From: a virus
Reading direction: 5' to 3' (one strand)
Length of the DNA stretch: 64,000 bases
IMG/VR virus record: IMGVR_UViG_3300009128_001633
Location: 31,857 to 95,856 of that record
Part shown: in pieces, positions 1-9,820 of the stretch
Numbering within the stretch: the stretch's first letter is position 1
Layout: each line of letters starts with the position of its first letter
Notes under the pieces: model-generated
Databases searched by the model: none
What the model was told of the DNA's origin: nothing
The model's input: only the letters and a program-made list of their open reading frames with translations
Made by a program: the position numbers and the translations under genes

Positions 1-318
1 ATTAATACCGCAATTATTACCAATCCTAGTATCTCCTTCACAATTAACTAATCCTCCTACATAAGTATTGTTCCCTATTATGGTACGAGGAAGGATGATT
101 GAATTATGACCTATGAATACTTTGTTTCCAAACTTACATCCTCCGTAAATAACACAACCAGATGAAAGTCTACACCAATCACCCAACTCAATTCTTCCAT
201 TTAATGGAAGTATATCCACAAAAGATACAGTTTCATCTATCGAAACATTATCGCCAACTTTCAAGTAGTTACGTTCAATTAGATGTTTGAATTTTTCTGG
301 TATTTTCGGAACTAACAC
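1..318 (-). CDS. Hexapeptide-repeat (left-handed beta-helix) acyltransferase, truncated by window edge
   Basis: Not in ORF track. Hand translation from GTG at 318 (GAAGGAG upstream) gives MLVPKIPEKF...VGDNVSID...IELGDWCRL...FGNKVFIGHNSII...IIGNNTYVG...IGNNCGIN, open to position 1. Confidence 0.8.
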   Translation of the reverse strand, partial: MLVPKIPEKFKHLIERNYLKVGDNVSIDETVSFVDILPLNGRIELGDWCRLSSGCVIYGGCKFGNKVFIGHNSIILPRTIIGNNTYVGGLVNCEGDTRIGNNCGIN

Positions 319-844
319 TTCCGCTACTCCTTCTTTCTCTAACACTAACAATACTAAAAACAGCTGGTTTTGAGATATGTACTAATTTAGCTAATTGTCC
401 ATAAGAAAAACCCATTTTCTTTCTCAGAATATATATCTCATCTTTTTGTTTTTTATTTAATTTCCATGTTGCTTTATTACTAACACGAAATCTATTTTTA
501 GAATAAAAATAATTTTTTGTACTCTTCACTGGACCAACACTTTTTTCTTTAACTCTGCTGAGTAAATGTTTTATCCGATCATATATTTCCCTTATTTCTC
601 TAAGTGCTTTATTATAAGAAGGATCGTTAACACCTAAACTGTTATGTATTTTCATAACCTTTTTTCTATACAACCAATCTGCCCAACTTAATTGTTCGCC
701 AATACATAACTTGTCATCTATATTAACAACTTCTTCTTCAAGAGCACCTAATGCGACAAAACACTTTTTCTTATTTAATGACTTTCTAACAACACTATAT
801 TTAACTTTCTTAGAAGGAAGTAGAGTATCCATATTATATACCAT
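275..844 (-). CDS. Basic protein with C-terminal helix-turn-helix
   Basis: C-terminal YILRKKMGFSYGQLAKLVHISKPAVFSIV is HTH-like. Confidence 0.55.
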   Translation of the reverse strand: MVYNMDTLLPSKKVKYSVVRKSLNKKKCFVALGALEEEVVNIDDKLCIGEQLSWADWLYRKKVMKIHNSLGVNDPSYNKALREIREIYDRIKHLLSRVKEKSVGPVKSTKNYFYSKNRFRVSNKATWKLNKKQKDEIYILRKKMGFSYGQLAKLVHISKPAVFSIVSVRERRSSGSVSSENTRKIQTSN

Positions 845-1748
845 ATACAGATTTTAATTTATCACCAATAGCTTTATAACTATGGTGATTTTCAACCCAT
901 AATCTAGTGTTTTTCTTGCATGAAAGTAGCTCCGAATTATTGAATTTAAGAAATTCTTTTAAGACACTTCTTAGTTCATTAATGTTATTAGCCACAATCA
1001 ACTCAGGATTATTATTGTATTCTCTAACATATCTATTGTAACTATTAAAATTAGTTATTACTAATTTTCCAAGAGCAGCAGCTTCTAACGCAGACACACC
1101 CCATTCACCTAATCTCATCTGCTCTATATAAATATCACATTCATTAACTCTTTCCATTTGCTCCTTCCAAGTAACTCTTTCTATAGAAAACCTGTATATG
1201 AATCTGCTTGCAACATCTCTATTGTGCTTTAATTCACTTATTGCTTTATTAACTATATTTGAACCTTTCGTATCAGCAGAAGATGGATAATGACCTACAA
1301 TTATTTTTTCACCTTCATTGAAGGAATAATCAGGCTTAATAGCTTCAATGTCTACAGCAGGAAGAACCCACTTCTCATTCTTGGCTCCCCTACCTAACAG
1401 ATCACCAGTTTGTATTAATGTTCTTTCTACAATGGGATTAAATACAGCATTTACTTTAGCAGGATTATCTCTATAGTGACCACCACCATGAAAAACAAAC
1501 ACTCTTTTTTTAGATAAATCAATACCGGTATCTATATAACTACTATGCATAAATTGTATAATGTCTGCTTCCTCAGCATAGTGTCTAACGTTTTCTAATG
1601 CAAAAGCTTTGTTTGGGTATTTATAGTAGTTAGGAGATTTACCCAACATTACAGCATCAACGCCAACTTTCTGTAGACACATGGAAAATGTGTACCCCAA
1701 ATTAGCCCAATCATTTTTTGCAAGTAACAAAACTCTCATTTCATCCAC
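834..1748 (-). CDS. Glycosyltransferase, GT-B fold (GT4-like)
   Basis: GHYPSSADTKG; CDIYIEQMRLGEWGVSALEAAALGKLVI; WVENHHSY. Confidence 0.8.
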   Translation of the reverse strand: MDEMRVLLLAKNDWANLGYTFSMCLQKVGVDAVMLGKSPNYYKYPNKAFALENVRHYAEEADIIQFMHSSYIDTGIDLSKKRVFVFHGGGHYRDNPAKVNAVFNPIVERTLIQTGDLLGRGAKNEKWVLPAVDIEAIKPDYSFNEGEKIIVGHYPSSADTKGSNIVNKAISELKHNRDVASRFIYRFSIERVTWKEQMERVNECDIYIEQMRLGEWGVSALEAAALGKLVITNFNSYNRYVREYNNNPELIVANNINELRSVLKEFLKFNNSELLSCKKNTRLWVENHHSYKAIGDKLKSVYGI

Positions 1749-2659
1749 CTCTCACAAACAAGATCTGTGAATTTATCAACCATGACCTTATTATTATAAT
1801 GTTTTCTAACAAATTCCATACCATTATTGGCAATCCACTCACGTTCGTGTTCTTGCTCTAAATAATATAGTATTTTTTTTCTCAAATCATTAAGACCATT
1901 ATAGATAACTAAATGTTTTCCATCAATGTAACCAAATTCTTTAAGATCCTCTGGTTTATCAGCTAATAAGAAAGATCCACAAGCCATCACTTCAGTATAT
2001 TTTCTACTTAGTGATCCAAAAATATTATTACTTGTGACAACTATCCTTGAATAATTAATATCATCAACATATTGACTAACTGTTGTTTTATTACGTTTAT
2101 AAGATACATTCATGGTTGATAACATATCCAACAACTTAGCTCTTAATGGATACACATCATCACGAATTGTGTATCTTGCACAAACATCATACTCTTTAAA
2201 AAAATTAAGTCTCTTTCTAAACACCTTAGTATTTACAGAAAATGGCATCAAAAAAGATTCTCTGCAAGCACCACATTCAACAACATATTTTCCCATATAT
2301 GACACTGGAACAAATGCTAAATCATATTTACTTCTTTCCATATATTCTTGATATTGCGGCTGACATCCTCTATAATTACCCTTCGGTGGAAAATAATCAA
2401 CAAGATAAATAAGTTTAGGTATAGTGACCTTATCCATATCTATTTCAAATGGCATTCTGAACCCATACTTAAATATAATATCAGGCTTATATTGGCTAAC
2501 AACATCTGTAATTGGCCTGTTTTCATCATAACCATCTCTAAGTGGACCCCACCATATAACCTCATGATATTTTGCAAACTCACTTACAAAATAGTGATGA
2601 CCAAGCAAATTCTGTTTCCCAACCTTCAACATATCTCTTACAATTAACAATATTCTCAT
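1736..2659 (-). CDS. Glycosyltransferase, CgeB/Glyco_trans_1_2-like
   Basis: KYTEVMACGSFLLAD...KILYYL...REWIANNGMEFVRKHY C-terminal signature. Confidence 0.85.
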   Translation of the reverse strand: MRILLIVRDMLKVGKQNLLGHHYFVSEFAKYHEVIWWGPLRDGYDENRPITDVVSQYKPDIIFKYGFRMPFEIDMDKVTIPKLIYLVDYFPPKGNYRGCQPQYQEYMERSKYDLAFVPVSYMGKYVVECGACRESFLMPFSVNTKVFRKRLNFFKEYDVCARYTIRDDVYPLRAKLLDMLSTMNVSYKRNKTTVSQYVDDINYSRIVVTSNNIFGSLSRKYTEVMACGSFLLADKPEDLKEFGYIDGKHLVIYNGLNDLRKKILYYLEQEHEREWIANNGMEFVRKHYNNKVMVDKFTDLVCERWMK

Positions 2660-3243
2660 TTTTTTATAAATAACCTTGTGCGTAGTTTTAATCTTCTAAA
2701 AACACTATTAAATTCATGTGCATAGAATCCAAACAATATTTTTCTCACTTCATCAGCATAATTATTAAACACTTCAGTTTCCCAATCATGAACACCGAGC
2801 ATATCCCCAGATTTTAAATATTCAGCATACATAATTATTTCTTTACCTTTATCACCATTATCACAATATAAAAATTTTCTACGAGGATTTGAAAGTAAAG
2901 AAACTAATAATTCATTTTTTTTATTCAAAATATTATCAACTATAAAAACTACATTACTATTAAACCCTTTTTCAACTAATTCAGTAATATCTTCGCTTGT
3001 AACTAACCCTCTGATTTTTTTACTTTCATATATAGAATTATTATCAAAAGAATATAGTAGAATGTTTTCATTACATTCATGCAATAATAAAGTAAACCCT
3101 CCAGTTCCTGTTCCCAATTCTATAATGATTTCAGGATCACGAAGTCTCACAGCATTTCTGATATATTGTTCAACTTCTTTTTCATGACACATTAACGCTT
3201 TCAACTCTGGAAAATATCTACTTTTATAAAAGTTTCTAATCAT
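2656..3243 (-). CDS. Class I SAM-dependent methyltransferase (CmcI/Methyltransf_24-like)
   Basis: Motif I IIIELGTGTGG; LYCDNG; LKSGDMLGVHD. Confidence 0.8.
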   Translation of the reverse strand: MIRNFYKSRYFPELKALMCHEKEVEQYIRNAVRLRDPEIIIELGTGTGGFTLLLHECNENILLYSFDNNSIYESKKIRGLVTSEDITELVEKGFNSNVVFIVDNILNKKNELLVSLLSNPRRKFLYCDNGDKGKEIIMYAEYLKSGDMLGVHDWETEVFNNYADEVRKILFGFYAHEFNSVFRRLKLRTRLFIKK

Positions 3244-3755
3244 TTTTTCACCATAGATTTAGCTGGAATACCAATAACTATATCACCTTCCTCAACGTTT
3301 TTTATCACAAGTGACATTGCTCCAACAACAGCATTCTCATCAACAACAACTCCTGGCATTATAGTTGACCCTGCACCAATATACGCACCATCGCATATGA
3401 TAGGAGGTAATTGAACACCTTTTACTTTACCTCTTAAAGTCATAACCATTGGACCAATAAAGACATCATTTCCTACAACAGTGCCGTCGGCTATGGATGC
3501 CGACGGCTTCCATTGTATGCGATTACCAAAAGAAGAATCAGTACCGGTTTTACAATAATGATCAATGAAAACATTATTACCTATTTTTGTTCCTTCCTTT
3601 AATAAAACCCAATTTTCTAATGTTACATCATCACCCACAATAACATTTTTTTCTATAACACACCAGCATCCAATCTTAAAATTACTTCCATGCTTAAAAG
3701 TAGGATGTACCGCATTGTTACCATAGCCCTCAACTTCTTTCCAATTTTCTAACAT
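3240..3755 (-). CDS. Hexapeptide-repeat N/O-acetyltransferase
   Basis: VGNDVFIGP...AYIGAGSTIMPGVVVDENAVVGAMSLVIKNV...VIGIPAK. Confidence 0.9.
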   Translation of the reverse strand: MLENWKEVEGYGNNAVHPTFKHGSNFKIGCWCVIEKNVIVGDDVTLENWVLLKEGTKIGNNVFIDHYCKTGTDSSFGNRIQWKPSASIADGTVVGNDVFIGPMVMTLRGKVKGVQLPPIICDGAYIGAGSTIMPGVVVDENAVVGAMSLVIKNVEEGDIVIGIPAKSMVKK

Positions 3756-4348
3756 AACGCCCTCCTATATATTAACTTTCTTACAATAAATGCTTCTGCA
3801 TATGCTTTTTCTGCATCTGTAATCAATGATGCCCAATATGCTTCTTTTTTCTTTATTATATTGATTTTTATAGTCTTCCTTTCAATTTGAGATTTAAAAT
3901 GTTTAACAAGTTTTAGTTTTAAATCAAAATCTATTAAACTAAACACATTCGGATGAAAATCATATGCACTACCACTATCATATATGTATGTTGTTATATA
4001 TTTTTTTCTACCAACCGACATGCCTATCCTAGAAGCTCTTATGTGATGTTGATGAGTATCCTTTTTAAATGGGACAAAGATAATATCAGGATGAAGATCA
4101 TCTAATTCCTTTATAACGGAATGATCTTCATCCATACTACAGAATGTAATGATATTAAACCTAGAAAATACATTAGCTTCTAACTGTTCTAAATATCTCT
4201 TCTTAGGATCTCCGGCCAAATCATCATCACTATTAGTTATACCAACAACAACTTTATCACCTCTCATTACATGCATATATAATGTTCCACCACAACTCAT
4301 CTCAGCATCATCGTAATGTGCTCCGACTGCCAATATGGTTTTACTCAT
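3749..4348 (-). CDS. PIG-L/LmbE family N-deacetylase
   Basis: LAVGAHYDDAEMSCGG (HxDD); DTHQHH; HFKSQ; start taken at MSKTIL after GGAGG. Confidence 0.9.
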   Translation of the reverse strand: MSKTILAVGAHYDDAEMSCGGTLYMHVMRGDKVVVGITNSDDDLAGDPKKRYLEQLEANVFSRFNIITFCSMDEDHSVIKELDDLHPDIIFVPFKKDTHQHHIRASRIGMSVGRKKYITTYIYDSGSAYDFHPNVFSLIDFDLKLKLVKHFKSQIERKTIKINIIKKKEAYWASLITDAEKAYAEAFIVRKLIYRRALC

Positions 4349-4539
4349 ACACCCTCCTTCATCCAATCTTTTATTTTTTTATAATCATTTTTAGTCCACT
4401 TTTCTTCTTTAGGATACACACAATATTTCGTACAATCAGGATGCATATCTCTAATGTTCTTCTTGTCTTGCTCGGTCAAAATAACCATCACCGGCTCTTT
4501 CTCTCTATCATAAACTTTATTACCAACTTTTACTTTCAT
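4345..4539 (-). CDS. Hypothetical protein (64 aa)
   Basis: Start/stop coupled to both neighbours. Confidence 0.6.
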   Translation of the reverse strand: MKVKVGNKVYDREKEPVMVILTEQDKKNIRDMHPDCTKYCVYPKEEKWTKNDYKKIKDWMKEGV

Positions 4540-5294
4540 TAGAAGTTATACCCCCCCTCATATGGTTTTTGATATTTTGCTGGTCTACCAAAATAAATCC
4601 CAGGTTTTTCTATATTTTTCATGACTAATGAACCCATTCCGATAATGACATTATCACAAATACTTACACCGTTTTTTATCGCAGTAGTTGCACCTATCCA
4701 ACAATTCTTACCAATTGTAACAGAACCACATATATGAACTGCTCCTGCTATAACTGTATTCTTACCTATGTAGCAATTGTGACCAACATTTGATTGAACA
4801 GCAATTTTGACACCATTTTTTATTATCGTTGAATCCATAGCTGCTCTATGCACTATTGCATGAGCTCCTATTTCAACATTATTACCAATGACAACATTTC
4901 CAACATGTATGAATTGTACTTTGCTTCCATCTGGACAATTAGCAAATTTGAATCCCTCAACACCAAGAACTGCTTTTGGATGTATTCTACAATTATTACC
5001 TATAAAAACAGATTGTATATCGAGTTTCATTCTACTTTTATTTATTTCATTATGTGTTACAGTAAACTCATAATCAGGATCATCAACAAAACAAATGTTA
5101 AGACTTTTATCTAAATTCAAACAGTTTCTCATATTTTTTGGAGCATATATAATAACATCAAACTCTTTACACTTATCTAATAGGTGTAGATAACTAAGAT
5201 CTCTTATGAATGTCATACAGCCATCTCTTGGTTTTAATAATGAACATGTATCAGTGTATTCTTTTTCAACTTTATACATCATACGCCCTCCCAT
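4539..5294 (-). CDS. LpxD-like hexapeptide acyltransferase
   Basis: LGVEGF...HVGNVVIGNNVEIGAHAIVHRA...STIIKNGVKI...VGHNCYIG, matching the LpxD core with its catalytic His. Confidence 0.85.
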   Translation of the reverse strand: MGGRMMYKVEKEYTDTCSLLKPRDGCMTFIRDLSYLHLLDKCKEFDVIIYAPKNMRNCLNLDKSLNICFVDDPDYEFTVTHNEINKSRMKLDIQSVFIGNNCRIHPKAVLGVEGFKFANCPDGSKVQFIHVGNVVIGNNVEIGAHAIVHRAAMDSTIIKNGVKIAVQSNVGHNCYIGKNTVIAGAVHICGSVTIGKNCWIGATTAIKNGVSICDNVIIGMGSLVMKNIEKPGIYFGRPAKYQKPYEGGYNF

Positions 5295-6040
5295 GATAAA
5301 AATTGATTTTTACTTGGTTTGTTGTAACCCATTTTCTCTCTCCAGTATCTACCACGTTTACCATCAACTAATGCATGATCTCCTGGATTGCCATATATGG
5401 CATAATCCCATTTCATAACTAACTGACTAAGGATTGGATCTTTTCTACGAAACTGCTTTTCTGGATTTACATCTCTTCTCATTAGTGGCAAAGCTTCTTT
5501 CATAAAAGATGTTCTTATTAAAGAAGGATTTAGAGAGAACGAATTTCCTGGGCTTTTAGATATACAAAAACCATCATGAACATCAAAAAACAAACCACTA
5601 ACTTCAACTATCCTTTTCGTATATGACTTTAGTTTTCTATTACAAAACCTTATAGAAGCCACACTATTATTTTTTTTCATAATTCGTATTAGACGACTTA
5701 TATCCACATCCCTAAATATTTGCCAATCATCTTCTAAATGAAAAAAATAATCAGATTCAACTTGATTCCATGCCCATATAACTGCGTTAGGGAAAGATGG
5801 CTTTGGTGATATGTTATATATAACATTTTTTCTGTTAAAAAATTTGTAACACATCTCAAGAACAACTTGTGGTATATGATTTTCACCAACAACATCTATA
5901 TTTATAATAAGCCTATAACTACCTTTTTCTTTAAAGACACGTTTAGTAAATGTTTCAAGTGTTCTTTTGACTATTTTGGGACGTATAACAGAAGTCATAG
6001 CTATGTCAATTTTTTTATTCAATTTCATCTCCATTTCCAA
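5279..6040 (-). CDS. Glycosyltransferase, GT-A fold (GT2-like)
   Basis: IAMTSVIRP; YFFHLEDDW; FSLNPSL. Confidence 0.75.
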   Translation of the reverse strand: MEMEMKLNKKIDIAMTSVIRPKIVKRTLETFTKRVFKEKGSYRLIINIDVVGENHIPQVVLEMCYKFFNRKNVIYNISPKPSFPNAVIWAWNQVESDYFFHLEDDWQIFRDVDISRLIRIMKKNNSVASIRFCNRKLKSYTKRIVEVSGLFFDVHDGFCISKSPGNSFSLNPSLIRTSFMKEALPLMRRDVNPEKQFRRKDPILSQLVMKWDYAIYGNPGDHALVDGKRGRYWREKMGYNKPSKNQFLSWEGV

Positions 6041-6812
6041 ATTGGAATGCTAACTCATTATTGTCACTAAAACAGCACATAGTAGACATTCGCTTATCTA
6101 TCCTTCTAGTAACCCAAGCATCAACAACTTTACCAACATCTATGGACCTACCACCATTTCTACGTATTTCACCACTATAAATCCGGCCTAATTCACCAGA
6201 AGCTAATATCCAAAGATCATAATCATTTGCCTCTTTTCTTATTTCATCTATAATACTATCATATGAAACATCATAATGATTACCAAAAAATCCAGGAATT
6301 AGTTTAACTGTAACAGATCTTGTATGTCTTGATAAAATTCTGTCAACCCTATAATAATTTGATATACAACATATGGAACGATGTCTAATTGTTTCAATTA
6401 GATTATGTCTAGCATTTTCAGCAAATAATAAAATACCCATTTCTGGACTACAAAACTTTCTGTTAATATTAATTCCTATCTCTGAATAAATTTCCTTCCA
6501 TTGAGATAACAATTTCCAATTATCAGGTGATGTTTTGCCTCTTTTTTTATGAGTTTTTTCAATAAAATAGAACTCAGGAGAATCAATATAATCAGCTTCG
6601 TTCGCACTATTTATCCAACTTTTTATTAAATTTTTAAAAAAGAAATGAGGAATGCCCTCCTGTCTACTGGTGGAATAGTCTGTGGTTCCATCTATAAATC
6701 TTTTCATGACCTTTAAACCACCATCATTAAACCTAATCATTGAAAATGGACTCCTAGAAACAATAGCCACTTGAAGATCACGAACAACCTCAGATACAGT
6801 TGACAATTTCAT
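6015..6812 (-). CDS. GT-D fold glycosyltransferase-like protein
   Basis: PFSMIRFNDGG...LWILASG...SIDVGKVVD resembles the RxxDGE...DxG signature. Confidence 0.65.
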   Translation of the reverse strand: MKLSTVSEVVRDLQVAIVSRSPFSMIRFNDGGLKVMKRFIDGTTDYSTSRQEGIPHFFFKNLIKSWINSANEADYIDSPEFYFIEKTHKKRGKTSPDNWKLLSQWKEIYSEIGININRKFCSPEMGILLFAENARHNLIETIRHRSICCISNYYRVDRILSRHTRSVTVKLIPGFFGNHYDVSYDSIIDEIRKEANDYDLWILASGELGRIYSGEIRRNGGRSIDVGKVVDAWVTRRIDKRMSTMCCFSDNNELAFQFGNGDEIE

Positions 6813-6821
6813 TTTAAACTC

Positions 6822-7886
6822 CTAAAGCACAGATTCAAATATGGTTTGCATTTTTATAGCATTGTCTTTAACACTACCAATTTTTTCATGCAGTAATTGT
6901 TTTAAATTAGATTTATGATTATTGGCCAAATCCAAATTTTCAGCGTACATAAATATTGAATGAATCGCATCAGGAATGCTTATATAATTAAGTGATGTGA
7001 AATTGTTTATAGCATAATCACTTACACCTGACTTAGTGCAATCTCTAACAACTAAATTACAATTGCATAATCCAGCTTCCATTGGTGGTATATGTAGTCC
7101 TTCAAGTATGGTTGTTGAAAGCCATATATCACACAAAGACATAATTTCGATTTTCTTCTCAAATGTAGGTCTTAAGAAAAACTTAAACGGAATATAAGAT
7201 AAACCATCAACAACTTGAGGCATGAGTGTTTTATCTCCAAATAAAATTAACTCATGTAATAAACCAATTGTTTGAAGATGATAAGCCATTTGCAATATAT
7301 CCATAAACTTTTTTGTATGTTTGTCCATATAATACAAAGCACCAATGGTAACTTTTCCCGTAGGACTTTCAGTCATACCATGCTTTAGACAAGAAAATAT
7401 TTCATCTATAGGTAATCCCGGATATTGAATTTTAGAATCAACAAGACAAACATCATTAAGCATTCTTTTTAACCACTCTGAATTAACAAGAAGATTTAAT
7501 CCTGATTTATATTTTTTAAAAAGTTGCTCCTCTGGATTAGCCCACGTTTCATGTCCCCTTATCCAATAAAACTTATTTTTCATTGATAAATGTGGATAAC
7601 TAACCGTACTTTCCACTGTATTACATCCAGTGGCTACAATTATATCATATTTCGGCCATCTACTAACATCTCTATCTATACCTGTGACAAAATGTTTCAA
7701 ACGTGCAGGTATTTCAAACCAAGTAAATCTATCTGGACTATCTAATAAAATTTTAACACTATGGCTTAATTCATCCAAAGCCATAGCCATTCTTGCTATT
7801 GATTGACTACCTCCATTATTGGCAAGCCCACATGAAACCAAATTGAATGCTATATTAATTCCTGGCATAAAATTACACCTCCGCAA
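6822..7886 (-). CDS. Glycosyltransferase, GT4-like
   Basis: NNGGSQSI; DIIVATG; CDIWLSTTILEGLHIPPMEAGLC. Confidence 0.85.
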   Translation of the reverse strand: MRRCNFMPGINIAFNLVSCGLANNGGSQSIARMAMALDELSHSVKILLDSPDRFTWFEIPARLKHFVTGIDRDVSRWPKYDIIVATGCNTVESTVSYPHLSMKNKFYWIRGHETWANPEEQLFKKYKSGLNLLVNSEWLKRMLNDVCLVDSKIQYPGLPIDEIFSCLKHGMTESPTGKVTIGALYYMDKHTKKFMDILQMAYHLQTIGLLHELILFGDKTLMPQVVDGLSYIPFKFFLRPTFEKKIEIMSLCDIWLSTTILEGLHIPPMEAGLCNCNLVVRDCTKSGVSDYAINNFTSLNYISIPDAIHSIFMYAENLDLANNHKSNLKQLLHEKIGSVKDNAIKMQTIFESVL

Positions 7887-7957
7887 AATTACTAAAACAC
7901 TGGCCTTCTCATATTGTGATTAACAATTTCTCAATCCACAATTAACAAGGTTAAAAG

Positions 7958-9820
7958 TTACATCCATATTCTACCCTCCTTTACTTGCTCTGCAAATTTC
8001 AAAACTTCCTCTACACACTTTTCTTTGTTAATTATATAGCCTATATCACTTTTTAAGCCTTCGAAAAATCCAGCAAATGTTTTAGCCCAATTTTCCTCAA
8101 TCATGTGTCTCTTCTTTTCATGACCAACAATGAAAGAAGGTATGCCGCATAATAAAGAAATTTTAGATAATCCAGACTGAGGACCAAATGTGAACATTGC
8201 TTTATTGAGATTACAAAAAGCAACCAATATATCTAAGGTTTCATTATCATTAAAGTAAACAAGATCACGATGCACTATCTCATCTTTTAGTTCATATGCA
8301 CCGCTCTTAGAGCCAATTGATATTAATAAATGATTAGGAAACTTATTACGCAATTCATGGCAAAGATCTACATAAAACCTATATGATAAATTCCTGTCAC
8401 CATGTATTCCTTCTCTTCTTCTGGGAAAAATTAATATGCTATTATCTTTGCCACACAATTTTCTAACATAATCTCTAGCTTTTTTACTTGAAATATACGG
8501 CGTATAAAACTTATTGGAAACATATTTCACTTTATCAAAACTATTAAAAATATCGCATTGTGGATAAATCTTACTTAATATTGAAGACATTTTTTTACCA
8601 ACAAAACGATTATTTATATTATGAGGATCTATCATGAAATGTTGTTCTGCTGACATATTTTTTGTCATTTCTTTAATTTTATCTGGCAATTCAAGTAAAT
8701 CATCACAACAATCTCTATAAAATACAAATTTAGCTTTTGAAGTTATGACTATTAATCTTCTCCACGGATGTTTTTCTCTAAACTTTTTAACAAAAGCAAC
8801 TAAATATTGAGTCCAACCAACTTCACCAACATCACAAAACAGTAATGGGTCATCATTGTAAAATCTACTTATGGGATGCGATGCTCGATCTTCCCTTACA
8901 ACCTTTTCATCAAAAATAATAGGCTTATCTATATTACCAAACCTAATTATTTCATCTATACATTTTTTATGATTATTTAATCTGTATTTACCATTTACTC
9001 TCTTAACAACATGAAATCCAACTCTTGTATTCATCCAATTATCATCGATCATATGTCTTTTCTTTTCATGCCCCATTATGAATGTTGGTACACCGCACAT
9101 TAAAGAAATTTTTGGTAACGAAGATTGGGAACCAACAGCAAAATCAACTTTTTGATACACACATGCTGCTATCATTAAATCCAAACTTTGTAGATCAGAC
9201 CAAGTTGTTAGATCTACAAAATTGTCGTACTTAATATTAGAATCGATATGATGGGATCCAACCACTGAACCCATGGCTGATACTGTATGCATGGGATAGT
9301 CGTTGCATAGTCTATTACACAAATTTATATAAAATTTTTCTGTCAAATTTCTATTGCCAAACTTACCTTTTCTTTTTCTTGGAAAAACTAATATTAATGG
9401 TTTATCACTAAAAAGATTTTTGCATGTTTTCATTGCTTTTTGAGATGAATTGAACCTATACGGCATTCTTTTATTAAAAAAAGCACCATATTCATTAACA
9501 ACTTCATAACTATCACGGAAATGTTTGTTTATATATTTAAAAAGTATGTCATTCGTTATGCATTTTTTCTTTTTATGTGAATATAAATGCGTACCGTCTT
9601 GATCAAGACTACTATCGTTTATATTATCAAATATTTTATCAGGAATTGGTATCCTTTCAATTTTTATGCCGTTATACAGTACAAAACGCTCTGGAAATGT
9701 ACAAACTGCTATCTTGCGGTTGTCATTTATGAGAAGCCAGTTCATATGAGCAGTTAACGGCAAGCTCCAACCTAATTCACCAACATCATAAAATAATAAT
9801 GGTTTCTTTTCATTTCCCAT
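7958..9820 (-). CDS. Tandem-duplicated GT-B (GT9-like) glycosyltransferase
   Basis: Two homologous halves, each LLFxDVGExGW...IFPRxR...KISLxCGxPxFIxGHEKKRHMI; start taken at MGNEKK. Confidence 0.65.
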   Translation of the reverse strand: MGNEKKPLLFYDVGELGWSLPLTAHMNWLLINDNRKIAVCTFPERFVLYNGIKIERIPIPDKIFDNINDSSLDQDGTHLYSHKKKKCITNDILFKYINKHFRDSYEVVNEYGAFFNKRMPYRFNSSQKAMKTCKNLFSDKPLILVFPRKRKGKFGNRNLTEKFYINLCNRLCNDYPMHTVSAMGSVVGSHHIDSNIKYDNFVDLTTWSDLQSLDLMIAACVYQKVDFAVGSQSSLPKISLMCGVPTFIMGHEKKRHMIDDNWMNTRVGFHVVKRVNGKYRLNNHKKCIDEIIRFGNIDKPIIFDEKVVREDRASHPISRFYNDDPLLFCDVGEVGWTQYLVAFVKKFREKHPWRRLIVITSKAKFVFYRDCCDDLLELPDKIKEMTKNMSAEQHFMIDPHNINNRFVGKKMSSILSKIYPQCDIFNSFDKVKYVSNKFYTPYISSKKARDYVRKLCGKDNSILIFPRRREGIHGDRNLSYRFYVDLCHELRNKFPNHLLISIGSKSGAYELKDEIVHRDLVYFNDNETLDILVAFCNLNKAMFTFGPQSGLSKISLLCGIPSFIVGHEKKRHMIEENWAKTFAGFFEGLKSDIGYIINKEKCVEEVLKFAEQVKEGRIWM

